Part shown: positions 35,483 through 45,873 of the stretch, piece after piece
Layout of the letters: every line of letters starts with the position of its first letter
How positions within the stretch are numbered: the stretch's first letter is position 1
DNA from: Vulcanimicrobiota bacterium
GTDB taxonomy: Bacteria; Vulcanimicrobiota; Vulcanimicrobiia; Vulcanimicrobiales; Vulcanimicrobiaceae
Direction: 5' to 3'
DNA length: 64,000 bases
Assembly (NCBI GenBank): GCA_963833095.1
Contig: CAWHWQ010000005.1
Span: 1-64,000, forward strand
Program-made: the position numbers and the translations under genes
The notes under the pieces: model-generated
What the model was told of the DNA's origin: nothing
Databases searched by the model: none
What the model saw: only the letters and a program-made list of their open reading frames with translations

Positions 35483-36370
35483 TTATGCCGTCGTCAGGTA
35501 CGACGCGATGAGCGGACGCAAACGCTCGACGAGCGCAGGCGGCAGTTGATCCAGCGGCGGACGGCAGCGTCCCACTTTGAAGCCAAGCTCGCCCATCGCC
35601 CACTTGATCGCGATCGGGCTGGTCACCGTAAAGAGCACGTCGGTGAGATCCAGCAGACCGTTGTGAATCGCCGCTGCGGCTTTGACGTCGCCGCGCTCGA
35701 ATGCGTCGGCCATGTCGCCGTACTCGCGCGAACACAGATGCGAGGTCACGCCGACCACGCCGTCGGCGCCCACGGCAAGCGAGGGCAGAAACAGATAATC
35801 GTCGCCCGACCACACGATAAAACCGGGAGACCGGTCGCGCACGATGGTTGCAATCTGCTCGAGGTCGCCGCTGGATTCTTTCACGCCGACGATATTTGCG
35901 TGCCGCCGGTTGAGCTCGAGTAGCGTGGCCGGCAGCATGTTCGCTGCCGTGCGCCCCGGGATATTGTAGACGATCACCGGCAACGTCGTCGCATCGGCAA
36001 CCGCGCCGAAAAATTCGAGCATGCCGCCCTGCGTCGGCTTCACATAGGGCGGAACGACGACGAGCAGCGCGTCCGCACCGGCGTCTTGCGCCTCCTTACC
36101 GGTACGAATCGTCGAACGCACGTCGTTCGTGCCGACATTCGCGATCATCGTCCGATCACGGCCAATCGCCGTTTTGACCGTCGCGAAGAGTTTGCTGCGC
36201 TCGTCGGAATCGAGCGTCGCTCCTTCACCGGTTGTTCCCGCGACCACGAGCCCGTCATTCCCGCGATCGACCAACCAGCGTGCAATGCTCGCGGCCTCTT
36301 TGCTGTCCAGATTGCCATGTTCATCGAACGGCGTGATCATCGCCGTCAGTATGCGTCCAAAACGACTCAT
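35483..36370 (-). CDS. dapA: 4-hydroxy-tetrahydrodipicolinate synthase
   Basis: TAMITPF, GTTGE, YNIPGRT, GVKESSG. Confidence 0.95.
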   Translation of the reverse strand: MSRFGRILTAMITPFDEHGNLDSKEAASIARWLVDRGNDGLVVAGTTGEGATLDSDERSKLFATVKTAIGRDRTMIANVGTNDVRSTIRTGKEAQDAGADALLVVVPPYVKPTQGGMLEFFGAVADATTLPVIVYNIPGRTAANMLPATLLELNRRHANIVGVKESSGDLEQIATIVRDRSPGFIVWSGDDYLFLPSLAVGADGVVGVTSHLCSREYGDMADAFERGDVKAAAAIHNGLLDLTDVLFTVTSPIAIKWAMGELGFKVGRCRPPLDQLPPALVERLRPLIASYLTTA

Positions 36371-37590
36371 GACTCGTCTCCCGTCGCGAGGTGGAATTGA
36401 TCGTGCACGGCGGCTTCGGCCCGCGTCACGTCGGCCTCCGGCACTAAGATGGAAATCGTGATGTTGCTGTCGGTGCAATGAATGATCTCGACGTCGGCGC
36501 GGCTCAGCGCGAGCACACACTGATGCACGACGCCGGGCAGATAGCGCATGCCGGTGCCGACCACCGAGATCTTGGCGCAACCCTCGCGCACGCGCACCGC
36601 GAGATTGAGATCGCCCAGCAGCGCGCGCACTTCGTTGCCGCGATCGCCGTCGACCACAAACGCGACGCCGGCCTGATTGATCGTGACTTGATCGATGGAG
36701 ATCTCGGCTTCGGCCATGCGCCGGAACATCTCGAGTTCGGTCTGCATCCGGTGCGAAGCATTTTCGATGTCGCCGCGGATCACGCGAATCCAGGTGACGC
36801 GCCCCGAGGCGGTCACGCCGGTTACCGGCCGCTCCGAATCGTATCCCGCGTCGACGATCGTGCCCAGATCGGTATGCAAACCTTTGATCGAATAGCGCGT
36901 ACCGGTGTATTCGGCAAAGCCGGCCGCCTTGTGATGCATCACTTTGGCGCCGTGCTGCGAGAGTTCGTGCATCTCTTCGAGCGAGGCGCGACCGATCACG
37001 TGCGCGGTCGGAACGCGGCGCGGATCGGCGGTCATCGCCCCGCTAACGTCGGTGTAGATGTCGACGCGATCGGCGCCTAGCGCGTGCCCGATCGCAATTG
37101 CCGTGAGATCGGTGCCGCCACGTCCGAGCGTCGTGACCGTGCCGTCTTCGGTCGTGCCTTGAAAGCCCGCGATCACCGGCACCGCGCCGCGCTCGAGCAG
37201 CGCGCTTACCGCGTGCGGCTCGACCCGCAGAATCTTCGCGTCGCTGTGCGCGCCGTCGGTCACGATGCCGGCCTGCGCACCGGTCATCGCTTGCGCCTCA
37301 ACGTTCATTGCGCGCAGTTCCTCGGCAAAGACTGCGGCAGCAATCAATTCGCCACAAGCCAAAAGCATATCCGAGTTCGCGCTGCCCGTATTGCCGCCGA
37401 TGAGGCCCAGCAGCGTATCGGTCGCATACGGTGAGGGTGCGCGGCCCATCGCGGAAACAACCGCAACCGGCGCATATCCGGCTTCACGCGCGTCGAGAAT
37501 GCGCGCGAACGCGGCTTCGCGCTGCTCGCGCGTCGCGACCGACGTGCCGCCGAATTTGAGAACCGCGATGCGTGCAACGGCGCTCGTCAT
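36367..37590 (-). CDS. aspartate kinase
   Basis: KFGGTSV, VVSAMG, TLGRGGTD, TDVSG..TADPR, ACT domains. Confidence 0.95.
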   Translation of the reverse strand: MTSAVARIAVLKFGGTSVATREQREAAFARILDAREAGYAPVAVVSAMGRAPSPYATDTLLGLIGGNTGSANSDMLLACGELIAAAVFAEELRAMNVEAQAMTGAQAGIVTDGAHSDAKILRVEPHAVSALLERGAVPVIAGFQGTTEDGTVTTLGRGGTDLTAIAIGHALGADRVDIYTDVSGAMTADPRRVPTAHVIGRASLEEMHELSQHGAKVMHHKAAGFAEYTGTRYSIKGLHTDLGTIVDAGYDSERPVTGVTASGRVTWIRVIRGDIENASHRMQTELEMFRRMAEAEISIDQVTINQAGVAFVVDGDRGNEVRALLGDLNLAVRVREGCAKISVVGTGMRYLPGVVHQCVLALSRADVEIIHCTDSNITISILVPEADVTRAEAAVHDQFHLATGDES

Positions 37591-38558
37591 CCCAGCGACC
37601 CTCGTTCCAAGAGTAGTTCGAGAATTTGTACGGCGTTGGTGGCCGCGCCTTTACGCAGCTGATCGCCGACGCACCACAGAACGAAGTGGCGGTTCGAATG
37701 TTCGTACTCGCGTCGCAACCGCGCGACGTGCACGAGATCCGTGCCCTCAACGTCACGCGGCGTGACGATGCCGTCGGGGTGATACACCACGCCGGGTGCC
37801 TGCGCGAGCCCCGCGCCGAGTGCCTCGACGCTCGTATCGCGATCGGTCTCGATCCACACCGCCTCCGAATGCGCGGTGCGCACCGGCACGCGGACGGTGG
37901 TTGCACTGACGAAGAGGTCGGGAAGGCCGAGCATCTTGCGCGTCTCTTCGACAACCTTGCGCTCTTCGCCGGTATAGCCGGAAGCATCGAACGAGCCGAT
38001 TTGCGGAATGACGTTGCGCGCCAACGGACGTGGAAAGGCCGAGGGCTGCGGTTCGCCCTGGCCGCTCGCGATCGCACGTTCGCCGGCGAGCAGCTCGTCG
38101 AGTCCCGCGCGGCCGGCGCCGCTGGCCGATTGGTACGTCGCCACGCGTACGCTGCGCAGCCCGGCGGCGTCGCGAATCGGCGCGAGCGCCGTGCACAAGA
38201 TGATGGCGGTGCAGTTGGCGACGGGAAAGAGCCGGTGTTCGGGCGCGACATCGCCGGGATTGACCTCGGGAATGACCAGCGGCACACCGGCGCGCATGCG
38301 AAACGTCGAACTGTTGTCGATGACGTAGGTTCCGTGCTCGACCAGCGCAGGTGCATAGGTTTCGCTTGCATCCTCGCCGCCGGCAAAAAAGACGACGTCG
38401 AAATCCCGTAAGCGTTCGGGCGTTGTCGCCTCGATGCCGTCGCGCGCGCGCGAGGCAAACCGTCCGAGCGTATCCACCGGCACGTTGCGCTCTTCCAGGA
38501 CGCGCAGGATCGTCTCGCCGACGACGCCGGTCGCGCCGACGATCGCAACTTTAAGCAT
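37587..38558 (-). CDS. asd: aspartate-semialdehyde dehydrogenase
   Basis: VGATGVVG, IDNSSTFR, NCT, YQSASGAG, RVPV..AHSE, DQLRKGAA. Confidence 0.95.
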   Translation of the reverse strand: MLKVAIVGATGVVGETILRVLEERNVPVDTLGRFASRARDGIEATTPERLRDFDVVFFAGGEDASETYAPALVEHGTYVIDNSSTFRMRAGVPLVIPEVNPGDVAPEHRLFPVANCTAIILCTALAPIRDAAGLRSVRVATYQSASGAGRAGLDELLAGERAIASGQGEPQPSAFPRPLARNVIPQIGSFDASGYTGEERKVVEETRKMLGLPDLFVSATTVRVPVRTAHSEAVWIETDRDTSVEALGAGLAQAPGVVYHPDGIVTPRDVEGTDLVHVARLRREYEHSNRHFVLWCVGDQLRKGAATNAVQILELLLERGSLG

Positions 38559-39240
38559 CGAGTCCCACTTGCACGCCACGCACGCCCATCACCGCGTGCA
38601 CCGCCGCGAGCATCCCCGGAACGAAGGACTCACGCGAGAACGAATCGTGACGAATCGTCAGCAGCTCGCCGTCGGTTCCAAAAAGCACTTCTTGATGGGC
38701 GAGCAGTCCGCGCATACGTACGCTATGAATCGGCGTCTGTTCGGGTCCGCCGCCCTCCGCGATGCGTTCGGCGGTGAGTTTTGCCGTACCCGAGGGCGCA
38801 TCGATCTTACGATCGTGATGAAGTTCGATGATCTCGACACTTGGGAAATGGCGCGCGGCTTCTTGCGCAAAACGCATCATCAAGATCGCACCGATCGAAA
38901 AATTGGGCACGATCATCGCGCCGAGGTTACGTTCGAGCGCCACTGCTTCCAACGCTTGCCGATCTGCGTCGCTCCAACCGCTGACGCCAATCACCGGTCG
39001 AACGCCGTGCGCGAGCGCGTTCATTGAGATTACAACGCTATCGGGCTGCGTCGTGAGATCCAACAGCACATCGGGCTTGCCGACGTGTAGGAGTTCCTCG
39101 AAGTCGGTCACGATCTGCTCGTCGGGTTCGCGCGTGCGCGCCAAGCCGCCGGCGTAGCTAACGTCGGTGGCTAGTTTGAGTGCGGTACACGCGACTCGGC
39201 CCATTCTCCCGAGTGCGCCCGCTACAGCAACGCGCAGCAT
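38551..39240 (-). CDS. dapB: 4-hydroxy-tetrahydrodipicolinate reductase
   Basis: GALGRMG, PNFSIGA, EIIELHHDRKIDAPSGTA. Confidence 0.95.
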   Translation of the reverse strand: MLRVAVAGALGRMGRVACTALKLATDVSYAGGLARTREPDEQIVTDFEELLHVGKPDVLLDLTTQPDSVVISMNALAHGVRPVIGVSGWSDADRQALEAVALERNLGAMIVPNFSIGAILMMRFAQEAARHFPSVEIIELHHDRKIDAPSGTAKLTAERIAEGGGPEQTPIHSVRMRGLLAHQEVLFGTDGELLTIRHDSFSRESFVPGMLAAVHAVMGVRGVQVGLDA

Positions 39241-39257
39241 CGGCGATTCTCGGCGGG

Positions 39258-41421
39258 CTACAGTTTCTCTAGGGGGGCGTACTTTAACATGAGCATCTTC
39301 TGCCCAACGTTGGGGAAGTCAATGGTTATGAAGCCATCGCCGCCCGCGCCGACCAAACCGCGAATCGTTCCCTCGCCCCATTTCGGATGGCGGACCTTAT
39401 CGCCGTCGCAAAGGTTCATCGACATACCGGCACCGGCCGATTCGTGAATCGCGACTTCGCGCCAACGGCCACCCGACGGCCGCGGAAGGACGACGCTGTC
39501 GCTTTCGAGCACGTCCAGACCGGGCATCTCTTCAATGAAGCGCGACTTCGGATAGGCATAGGTGTTGCCGAACAGCGCGCGGCGCTGCGCATAGGAAAGG
39601 AAGAGCCGATCCATGGCGCGGGTCACGCCTACGTAGGCAAGGCGGCGCTCTTCTTCCAGCTCGGTAACGTCGGTGAGCGCGCGGCTGTGCGGGAAGACGC
39701 CCTCTTCGAGTCCGGTGAGGAAGACGTGCGAGAATTCGAGACCCTTGGCTCCATGCATGGTCATCAAGGTGACATAGGACGTATCCGGATCGAGCGCGTC
39801 GAGATCGCTGATCAACGCTACGTTGGTGAGGAAGCCCGAGAGGGTCGCTTCGGCATCGCCGCCTTCGTACTCGCGCGCGACGCCGATGAGCTCTTGCAGA
39901 TTTTCGACACGCGCCCGCGCATCATGCGTTTCTTCGGCTTGCAGTTCGCGCACGTAGCCCGAGTCTTCCATGACGCTGACGAGCAGATCGGCGACGCTCA
40001 TATCCTCGGCCCGGCTCGCGGAAGTTGCGGATCAAATCGGCAAAACGTTCGAGCTCCTTGAGCTTCTTGGGAACAGCCTCGCGCAGCAGTTCGCTATCGA
40101 AGATCGCCTCGCCGACCGAAAGGCCCTTGGCGTTCGCGGCTTGGACGAGTGCAGCTAGCGTCTGTTGTCCGATGCCGCGACGCGGGACGTTGACGATACG
40201 CTTGAATGCCAGCGCGTCGGCCGGATTGACGATGTAGCGCAGGTACGCGATCACGTCTTTGATCTCGGCGCGGGCGTAGAAGCCGACACCGCCGACGACG
40301 CGATACGGAATCCCGTCGGCAATCAGCGCCTCTTCAAAGACGCGCGATTGGGCGTTGGTACGGTAGAGCACCAAGAAATCTTTATAGGCCGCGCCGTCGC
40401 GAACCATCTGTTTGATCTTCTCGGTGGTGTAACGCGCTTCGTCACGCTCGGTCGCTGCGGCATAGACGGTAATTGCCTCGCCCTCAGCGCGGTTCGTGAA
40501 CAGCTTCTTGGGCGCGCGCGTCTTATTGTTGGCCACCAGCGCGTTGGCCGCGTCGAGAATGCGCTGCGTCGAGCGATAATTCTCTTCGAGCTTGAAGACC
40601 TTCGCGCCGGGGAAGTCCTCTTCGAAGCGCAGGATCATGCGATAGTCGCTGCCGCGCCACGAATAGATCGATTGATCGTCGTCGCCGACGACCGTGACGT
40701 TCTTGTGTTTGGCGCCCAGCAGCGCGATCAGGCGGTACTGCGCGATGTTGACGTCCTGGTACTCGTCGACCAGGATGTACTCAAACTTGTTTTGATACTT
40801 TTCGCGCACGTTTTCATCGCGCTCGAGCAGATCGATCGTGCGAACGATGAGGTCGTCGAAATCGAGGCTGTTCGATTCGCGCAGACGGCGCTCGTACTCG
40901 GTGTAGACGTTGGCCATCCGCTCGCCGAGAAACGAGGTCTGCTGCTCGTGAAACTTGTCGGGCCAAACCAGCGAGTTCTTCGCCTTGCTGATTTCGTGCA
41001 GGCAGGCGCCCGGGGCAAGTTGACGCTCATCGTAGTCGAGATCGTCGAGAATATCTTTGACGAGCTGGCGCTGGTCGGCATCGTCGATGATGGCAAAGCT
41101 CGGGGAAATACCGGCCTTGCTGCCGTCGCGGCGCAACATGCGCACGCACATCGCATGGAATGTTCCGACCCATAGATCGCGCGCCGCTGCACCGACCATG
41201 CGCTCGAGGCGCGTCTTCATTTCGCCGGCGGCCTTGTTGGTGAAGGTCACAGCGAAGATGCGATCCGGAGCAATTTTCTTGCGCCCGAGCAGCAATGCAA
41301 TGCGGTGCGTGAGCACGCGCGTCTTGCCGCTTCCGGCACCGGCGAATATCAAAACGGGACCGTCGGTATGTTCGACGGCCTGTGTTTGTATATCGTTGAG
41401 AGCTTCAGTCTCCAGGATCAT
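39258..41421 (-). CDS. pcrA: PcrA/UvrD DNA helicase (one frameshift at about 40013, probably a sequence error)
   Basis: AGAGSGKT, VDEYQD, GDDDQSIY, ENYRS in one frame; TMHGAKGLE, EEERRLAYV and Tudor-like tail in the next; removing one base joins them. Confidence 0.9.
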
Positions 41422-41454
41422 CATCCGGAGTGTATTCGCCGGGAATAGGCAATT

Positions 41455-42468
41455 CTACTCTTGTGCGTGGACCGCCGCAAGGTACGCAAGCGTCGATTCC
41501 GCACCCATATTCCGGTTTGGACCGTCCGCTTCCAGCCCATCATAGCATCCTCCGCCGTGCGCCATAGCGACGGCCAGCAGATTTTTTCCGTAGTACCACG
41601 CCGCCGCCATCGCAGCGGCCGCGCGGTTCGCGGGGTCGCCGAATGCGTCAAAAGCCGCAAGCTCGGCATCGACCATAGCCGCAGCTTCAAGGGGTTGCTG
41701 CGCAAAGCGGGCGCGCGGACCGCCGCGTGGGAACCAGCCGTCGTTGCCGACCGGCACGAAGACCCCGTCCTCGAAGACGGTGCGTTCCAAAAACGCCAGC
41801 GTGACCCGGCCAATCTCGAGTAGCCGGATATCATCGAGCACGTTGCCGGCCCGAAGCATCGCTTCGGACAGCCGGGCGTTGTCGTAGGTCATCACCGGTT
41901 CGAACCATTCCCACGCGTCGCTACGCTCGCGGTCATAGCGGGACGCGACCGACTGCGCGAGTTCGCGCAGCGCACCCGTGCGTTCCGGCGTCGGATCGCT
42001 CTCGCAGGCGTGCGCAAGACCCAACATCGCATACGCCTGCGCGCGCGGGTATTCGAGCCACGCAACGCAATTGAGGGCGCGGTCGAGCATCTGCGCGCAG
42101 ACACGCCGCCACGATGCCCGCGGCGCGTTGCGCACCGCAAACCCGAGCGACCACATCGCTCGCCCGACGCTGTCCTTCGTACCGACGTCGTCCAGCCATG
42201 CGCGCTCGTAACTCATGAAGTTGTGGAAACTGCCGTCGGGAAGTTGCGCGTGATGCAAAAACGCGAGGTACGTCGAGGCCAAACGCGACGCTACGGCGTC
42301 ATGAGGGTCGCGTGCGAGCCGCATGAGCATCACGATGAGCGCGCGCGACACATCATCGGTGCAATAGCCGGTCGATCGATCGGGAATGCTTTCGCGCGCG
42401 TGCTGGATGATCCCGACGTCGTCGGAAAGGGTCAGCACGTGATCGAGCGGAGGGAGCGAGCGAGCCAT
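41455..42468 (-). CDS. glycosyltransferase-associated helical-barrel protein
   Basis: GIIQHA..GYCTDD, FHNFMSY, TYDNARL, QQPLEA, NMGAESTLA; SD GGGAGG. Confidence 0.8.
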   Translation of the reverse strand: MARSLPPLDHVLTLSDDVGIIQHARESIPDRSTGYCTDDVSRALIVMLMRLARDPHDAVASRLASTYLAFLHHAQLPDGSFHNFMSYERAWLDDVGTKDSVGRAMWSLGFAVRNAPRASWRRVCAQMLDRALNCVAWLEYPRAQAYAMLGLAHACESDPTPERTGALRELAQSVASRYDRERSDAWEWFEPVMTYDNARLSEAMLRAGNVLDDIRLLEIGRVTLAFLERTVFEDGVFVPVGNDGWFPRGGPRARFAQQPLEAAAMVDAELAAFDAFGDPANRAAAAMAAAWYYGKNLLAVAMAHGGGCYDGLEADGPNRNMGAESTLAYLAAVHAQE

Positions 42469-42481
42469 CCTCCCCCGGGTT

Positions 42482-43642
42482 CTACGCCGAGGTGACCAAA
42501 GGCATTTCGCCCGGCGGCTGCAGCTCAACGAAGAGCCGGCCGTACTCGCGGGCGACGTGCGGCCAGGTCATCTGCCGCCCAAACCGGTAGGCGCGGCGCT
42601 CGGTCGCGCGGCGCAGGGACGGATCGTCGAGCAGCGCGGTGACGTGCTCGGCGATCGAGCGCGCATCGCGGAACTCGCACAGAAATCCGCGTCCGTAGGC
42701 GAGCACTTCCTGCGCGTAGAGATAGGGCGTCGAGACGATCGCCTTGCCGCAGCCGACCGCGTAGGCCAGCGTTCCGCTGACGATCTGCACCGGATTGAGA
42801 TACGGCGTGAGGTAGATGTCGGTCGCCTGCAGATATGAGACCAGCTCATCGAAGTCGAGGTATTTGTCGATGAGTTGCACGTTGTATTGCAGCCCGTACG
42901 AACGCACGAGTTCTTGCAGCTCTTCGCGATACGACTCGCCTTCGCGGCGGCGCACCACGGGGTGCGTCTCGCCCAGAATCAGATACAGCACTTCGGGATG
43001 ACGTTTGACGACGTCGCGCATCGCTTCGATCGCGAATTCGAGGCCCTTGCCGCGGTTGATCAATCCAAAGGTGGAGACCACCATACGCTGGCCGATGCCG
43101 AAGGAAGCTTTGGCGGCGTCGGTTGTGGTGAACGGAACGTCGGGCACGCCGTGATGGATCACGCGCAAGCATTCCGGGTCGATGCCGTAGACACGCTCGA
43201 GCAGATCGCGTCCGGTAGCCGAGAGCGAAACGACGCGCGAGGCGCGCTCGCAGAGTTCCCGCGTCACGCGAAGCATCACGTCGTCGGGCTCGGGCAGCAC
43301 GGTGTGCATCGTCAGAACGACCGGTTTGCTGACTTCGTCGAGCAGATCGACGAGCCACTCGCCGCGCTCGCCGCCGAAGAGGCCGTACTCGTGCTGAACG
43401 TTGAGCAGATCGGCTGGATGGCGGTCGATGAAGCGGGCGGCTTCTTTATAGGAAAAGCGGTTTTGCTCTTGGAGGCGTGCGACGACTTCGGGCGGATAGC
43501 GGCGCGCCTCGCCCCCGGGCTCGTCGATCGCGATCACGTCGGTCCGTGTGGCGAACGCGCCATCGAACGAACTCTTCACGTCGTGCGTGAACGTGGCGAT
43601 GCCACATTCGCGCGGCGGATACGAACCGAGTAACAAGACCAT
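42482..43642 (-). CDS. GT4-family glycosyltransferase
   Basis: SYPPRECGIATF, QHEYGLFGG, KGLE, SGTLAYA.G.GKAIVSTPY. Confidence 0.92.
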   Translation of the reverse strand: MVLLLGSYPPRECGIATFTHDVKSSFDGAFATRTDVIAIDEPGGEARRYPPEVVARLQEQNRFSYKEAARFIDRHPADLLNVQHEYGLFGGERGEWLVDLLDEVSKPVVLTMHTVLPEPDDVMLRVTRELCERASRVVSLSATGRDLLERVYGIDPECLRVIHHGVPDVPFTTTDAAKASFGIGQRMVVSTFGLINRGKGLEFAIEAMRDVVKRHPEVLYLILGETHPVVRRREGESYREELQELVRSYGLQYNVQLIDKYLDFDELVSYLQATDIYLTPYLNPVQIVSGTLAYAVGCGKAIVSTPYLYAQEVLAYGRGFLCEFRDARSIAEHVTALLDDPSLRRATERRAYRFGRQMTWPHVAREYGRLFVELQPPGEMPLVTSA

Positions 43643-43679
43643 CTAGGAAGCTCCTCCTGCCCTCTATCTTATGAAGGGC

Positions 43680-43706
43680 TTACCCCGTCGGCCGTTGTGC
43701 GTAAAC
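43680..43706 (-). promoter_or_regulatory. SigB/SigF-like promoter
   Basis: GTTT-N17-GGGTAA upstream of the GT4 gene. Confidence 0.6.
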
Positions 43707-43714
43707 CCGCTTGC

Positions 43715-44800
43715 CTAACGGGTGATGGGAGCCGAGGCGCCGACACGACTGTCGCGCCCGAGTCGCTCGCCGGGAGCGACGACGGCATCGTGACCGATCA
43801 CGCTGCCCGGTTCGATCCGGGCCCCGCGACCGATTCGCGCACCGCTGGCAATAATCGCACCCTCGATCATCGCCTCGTCTTCTATTATAACCCCGTCCCA
43901 GAGCACGCTGTCGCTTACAATCGCACCGGCACCGACAAAAGTATCAGCCCCGAGGACCAGGTTGGGACCAATTTGCGCAGTCGGGTCGACTTGCACACCA
44001 GCGTCAGCGTGCACCGGAAGGTGGAGCTTCGCGACGTTCGCAAGGCTCGCGGCCCCCTCGCCGGTCGCGCCGGGTTCGATCGTCAGCAGCGGCATGCGTC
44101 CTGCGAGCACGTCGCGATGCGCGTCGAGATATTGCTCGGGTTTGCCGAGATCGATCCAATAATCGTCGGTCGTGTAGGCGTAGAGGCCTTTGCCGCTTGC
44201 GATGATCAGCGGAAACGTTTCGCGTTCGATCGACACGTTGCGCCCGGCGGGGATCAGGTCGAGCACCTCGCGCTCGAAGAGATACGTGCCGGCGTTGATT
44301 TCGTTGGTCGGCGCGGTTTCGCGCGGCGGCTTCTCGACAAACGCCGAAATGAGGCCGTTTTCATCGTGCATGACGCAGCCGAACGAGGAGGGATCGTCGA
44401 CGTGGATGAGATGCAAAAGACCGATACCGCCTTTGCGCCCGTGTTCCACCATCATTTTACGTAAGTCGAGGCTGGTCAGAATATCCCCATTAAGCACGAC
44501 AAACGGACCGGTAATGTATTGCTCGACGTTTTTGAGCGCGCCGGCGGTGCCCAGCGGCGTTTCCTCGATCACGTAGGTGATCTTCATGTTTAGTGCCGAG
44601 CCGTCGCCGAAATAGTCGACGATCGCTTCGGGCATGTAGCCCGCGGGGAGGATCACGTCGCGAATACCGGCGGACGCCAGTCGCTCCATCGTGCGCGCAA
44701 GAAACGGGACACCGGCGATGGGCACCATCGGTTTTGGCGTTCCGTAGGTGAGTGGACGAAGACGCGTTCCCTCACCGCCGACGAGCACGATAGCCTGCAA
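43715..44800 (-). CDS. NDP-sugar pyrophosphorylase (second copy)
   Basis: LVGGEGTRLRPLT..PKPM, LGTAGA, LNGD, FVEKP, WIDLG; TTG start with AAGGAG SD. Confidence 0.92.
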   Translation of the reverse strand: MQAIVLVGGEGTRLRPLTYGTPKPMVPIAGVPFLARTMERLASAGIRDVILPAGYMPEAIVDYFGDGSALNMKITYVIEETPLGTAGALKNVEQYITGPFVVLNGDILTSLDLRKMMVEHGRKGGIGLLHLIHVDDPSSFGCVMHDENGLISAFVEKPPRETAPTNEINAGTYLFEREVLDLIPAGRNVSIERETFPLIIASGKGLYAYTTDDYWIDLGKPEQYLDAHRDVLAGRMPLLTIEPGATGEGAASLANVAKLHLPVHADAGVQVDPTAQIGPNLVLGADTFVGAGAIVSDSVLWDGVIIEDEAMIEGAIIASGARIGRGARIEPGSVIGHDAVVAPGERLGRDSRVGASAPITR

Positions 44801-44907
44801 CGACAACTCCTTTTCCGAAAATGGTGCGCACAGCATACGTTCGACGCACCACAGGTTTTTCTATTTGCACCATTCTCAGCGTCCCGTAACATTCCGGAAA
44901 CAACACA

Positions 44908-44928
44908 CGAACAGATGTTCGCTATAAT
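44908..44928 (+). promoter_or_regulatory. LexA (SOS) box adjoining a -10 element
   Basis: CGAAC-AGAT-GTTCG (44908-44921), TATAAT (44923-44928), ATG 5 nt later. Confidence 0.8.
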
Positions 44929-44933
44929 AGGGT

Positions 44934-45602
44934 ATGCCGAAATGTAGCTGCCCCTCCTGTCATACTGAGCGAAGCCTTTGTCATCCCGAGCGCAGCGAAG
45001 CGAAGTCGAGGGACCGCCGCCTACTCTACGACTGGGCAGAAATCCAGCTCTATCACGACGAGGGGCATGGCTTCATCGAGTGTTCCCGTCGCTTCGCGGT
45101 CACGCGCACCGCATGGAACAAGGCCATCGCGATGGGCCGGTTAATCACGGCCACGAGCCTCTTCAGGGATCGCCGCCGGCGCTACGACTGGGCGGAGGTC
45201 CAGGCTTATTATGACGCCGGCCACACATACAGCGAGTGTAGGTTTGAGTCCGGCTTCTGCGCTGCAACCTGGCACAAGGCCCGGCTTCGGAGCGAGATCC
45301 GATCTCGGCCGCTTGGGAAACCCATTGAGATCTTGCTTCGGACAAGCCGCTCACGAATAAGCATAAAGCGGAGGCCCCTGAAAGCCTGTCTCCTCAAAAA
45401 TCGATGCGACGTATGCGGCATTTCAGAGTGGTTGGGGACACCGCTTTCGTGCCACGTGGACCATATAAACGGGGTAAAGGACGACCACCGGCTCGTAAAT
45501 CTGCGAATGCTCTGCCCAAACTGCCACAGCCAGACCGAGACCTACGGTGGACGAACCCTGAAACGTGGACGGTCCTTGCAAGACCAGGGCCGGACCATGT
45601 AG
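44934..45602 (+). CDS. HNH endonuclease with two N-terminal repeats
   Basis: YDWAE(I/V)Q repeat twice; CDVC...HVDHING...DHR..NL..LCPNCH. Confidence 0.85.
   Translation: MPKCSCPSCHTERSLCHPERSEAKSRDRRLLYDWAEIQLYHDEGHGFIECSRRFAVTRTAWNKAIAMGRLITATSLFRDRRRRYDWAEVQAYYDAGHTYSECRFESGFCAATWHKARLRSEIRSRPLGKPIEILLRTSRSRISIKRRPLKACLLKNRCDVCGISEWLGTPLSCHVDHINGVKDDHRLVNLRMLCPNCHSQTETYGGRTLKRGRSLQDQGRTM
44958..45013 (+). repeat. REP-like tandem units inside the HNH 5' end
   Basis: TGTCATACTGAGCGAAGC and TGTCATCCCGAGCGCAGCGAAGCGAAGTCGAGGGA. Confidence 0.6.
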
Positions 45603-45620
45603 TATAACGGTCGCTGCCGT

Positions 45621-45694
45621 TCCGGGTTCATCTAACGGTAGGATGACAGTCTCTGAATCTGTTCATGGGTGTTCGAGTCACTCACCCGGAGCCA
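45621..45694 (+). tRNA. tRNA-Gln(CTG)
   Basis: Acceptor TCCGGGT/ACCCGGA, anticodon loop CT-CTG-AA (one T-T pair in the stem), T-loop TTCGAGT, encoded CCA. Confidence 0.9.
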
Positions 45695-45695
45695 C

Positions 45696-45768
45696 GGCCC
45701 CATCGTCTAGAGGCCTAGGACGTTGCCCTCTCACGGCAGTAACACCGGTTCGAATCCGGTTGGGGCTA
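45696..45768 (+). tRNA. tRNA-Glu(CTC)
   Basis: GGCCCCA/TGGGGCT acceptor, TTGCC-CT-CTC-AC-GGCAG anticodon arm, TTCGAAT; CCA not encoded. Confidence 0.95.
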
Positions 45769-45779
45769 AGTATTAGCGG

Positions 45780-45811
45780 AAAAAGATCGCGCAATTGCGC
45801 GATCTTTTTTT
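45780..45811 (+). terminator. intrinsic terminator after the tRNAs
   Basis: AAAAAGATCGCGCAATTGCGCGATCTTTTTTT. Confidence 0.88.
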
Positions 45812-45873
45812 GCGTGACTAATCCGCAACACGTCGTTCCGCGTAATAACGGTATCAGCAAAGGAGATTAGCAC

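Noticed and set aside
39990..40030. Programmed frameshift or true split of pcrA
   Set aside because: Single extra base without a slippery sequence, in a contig with many indel errors
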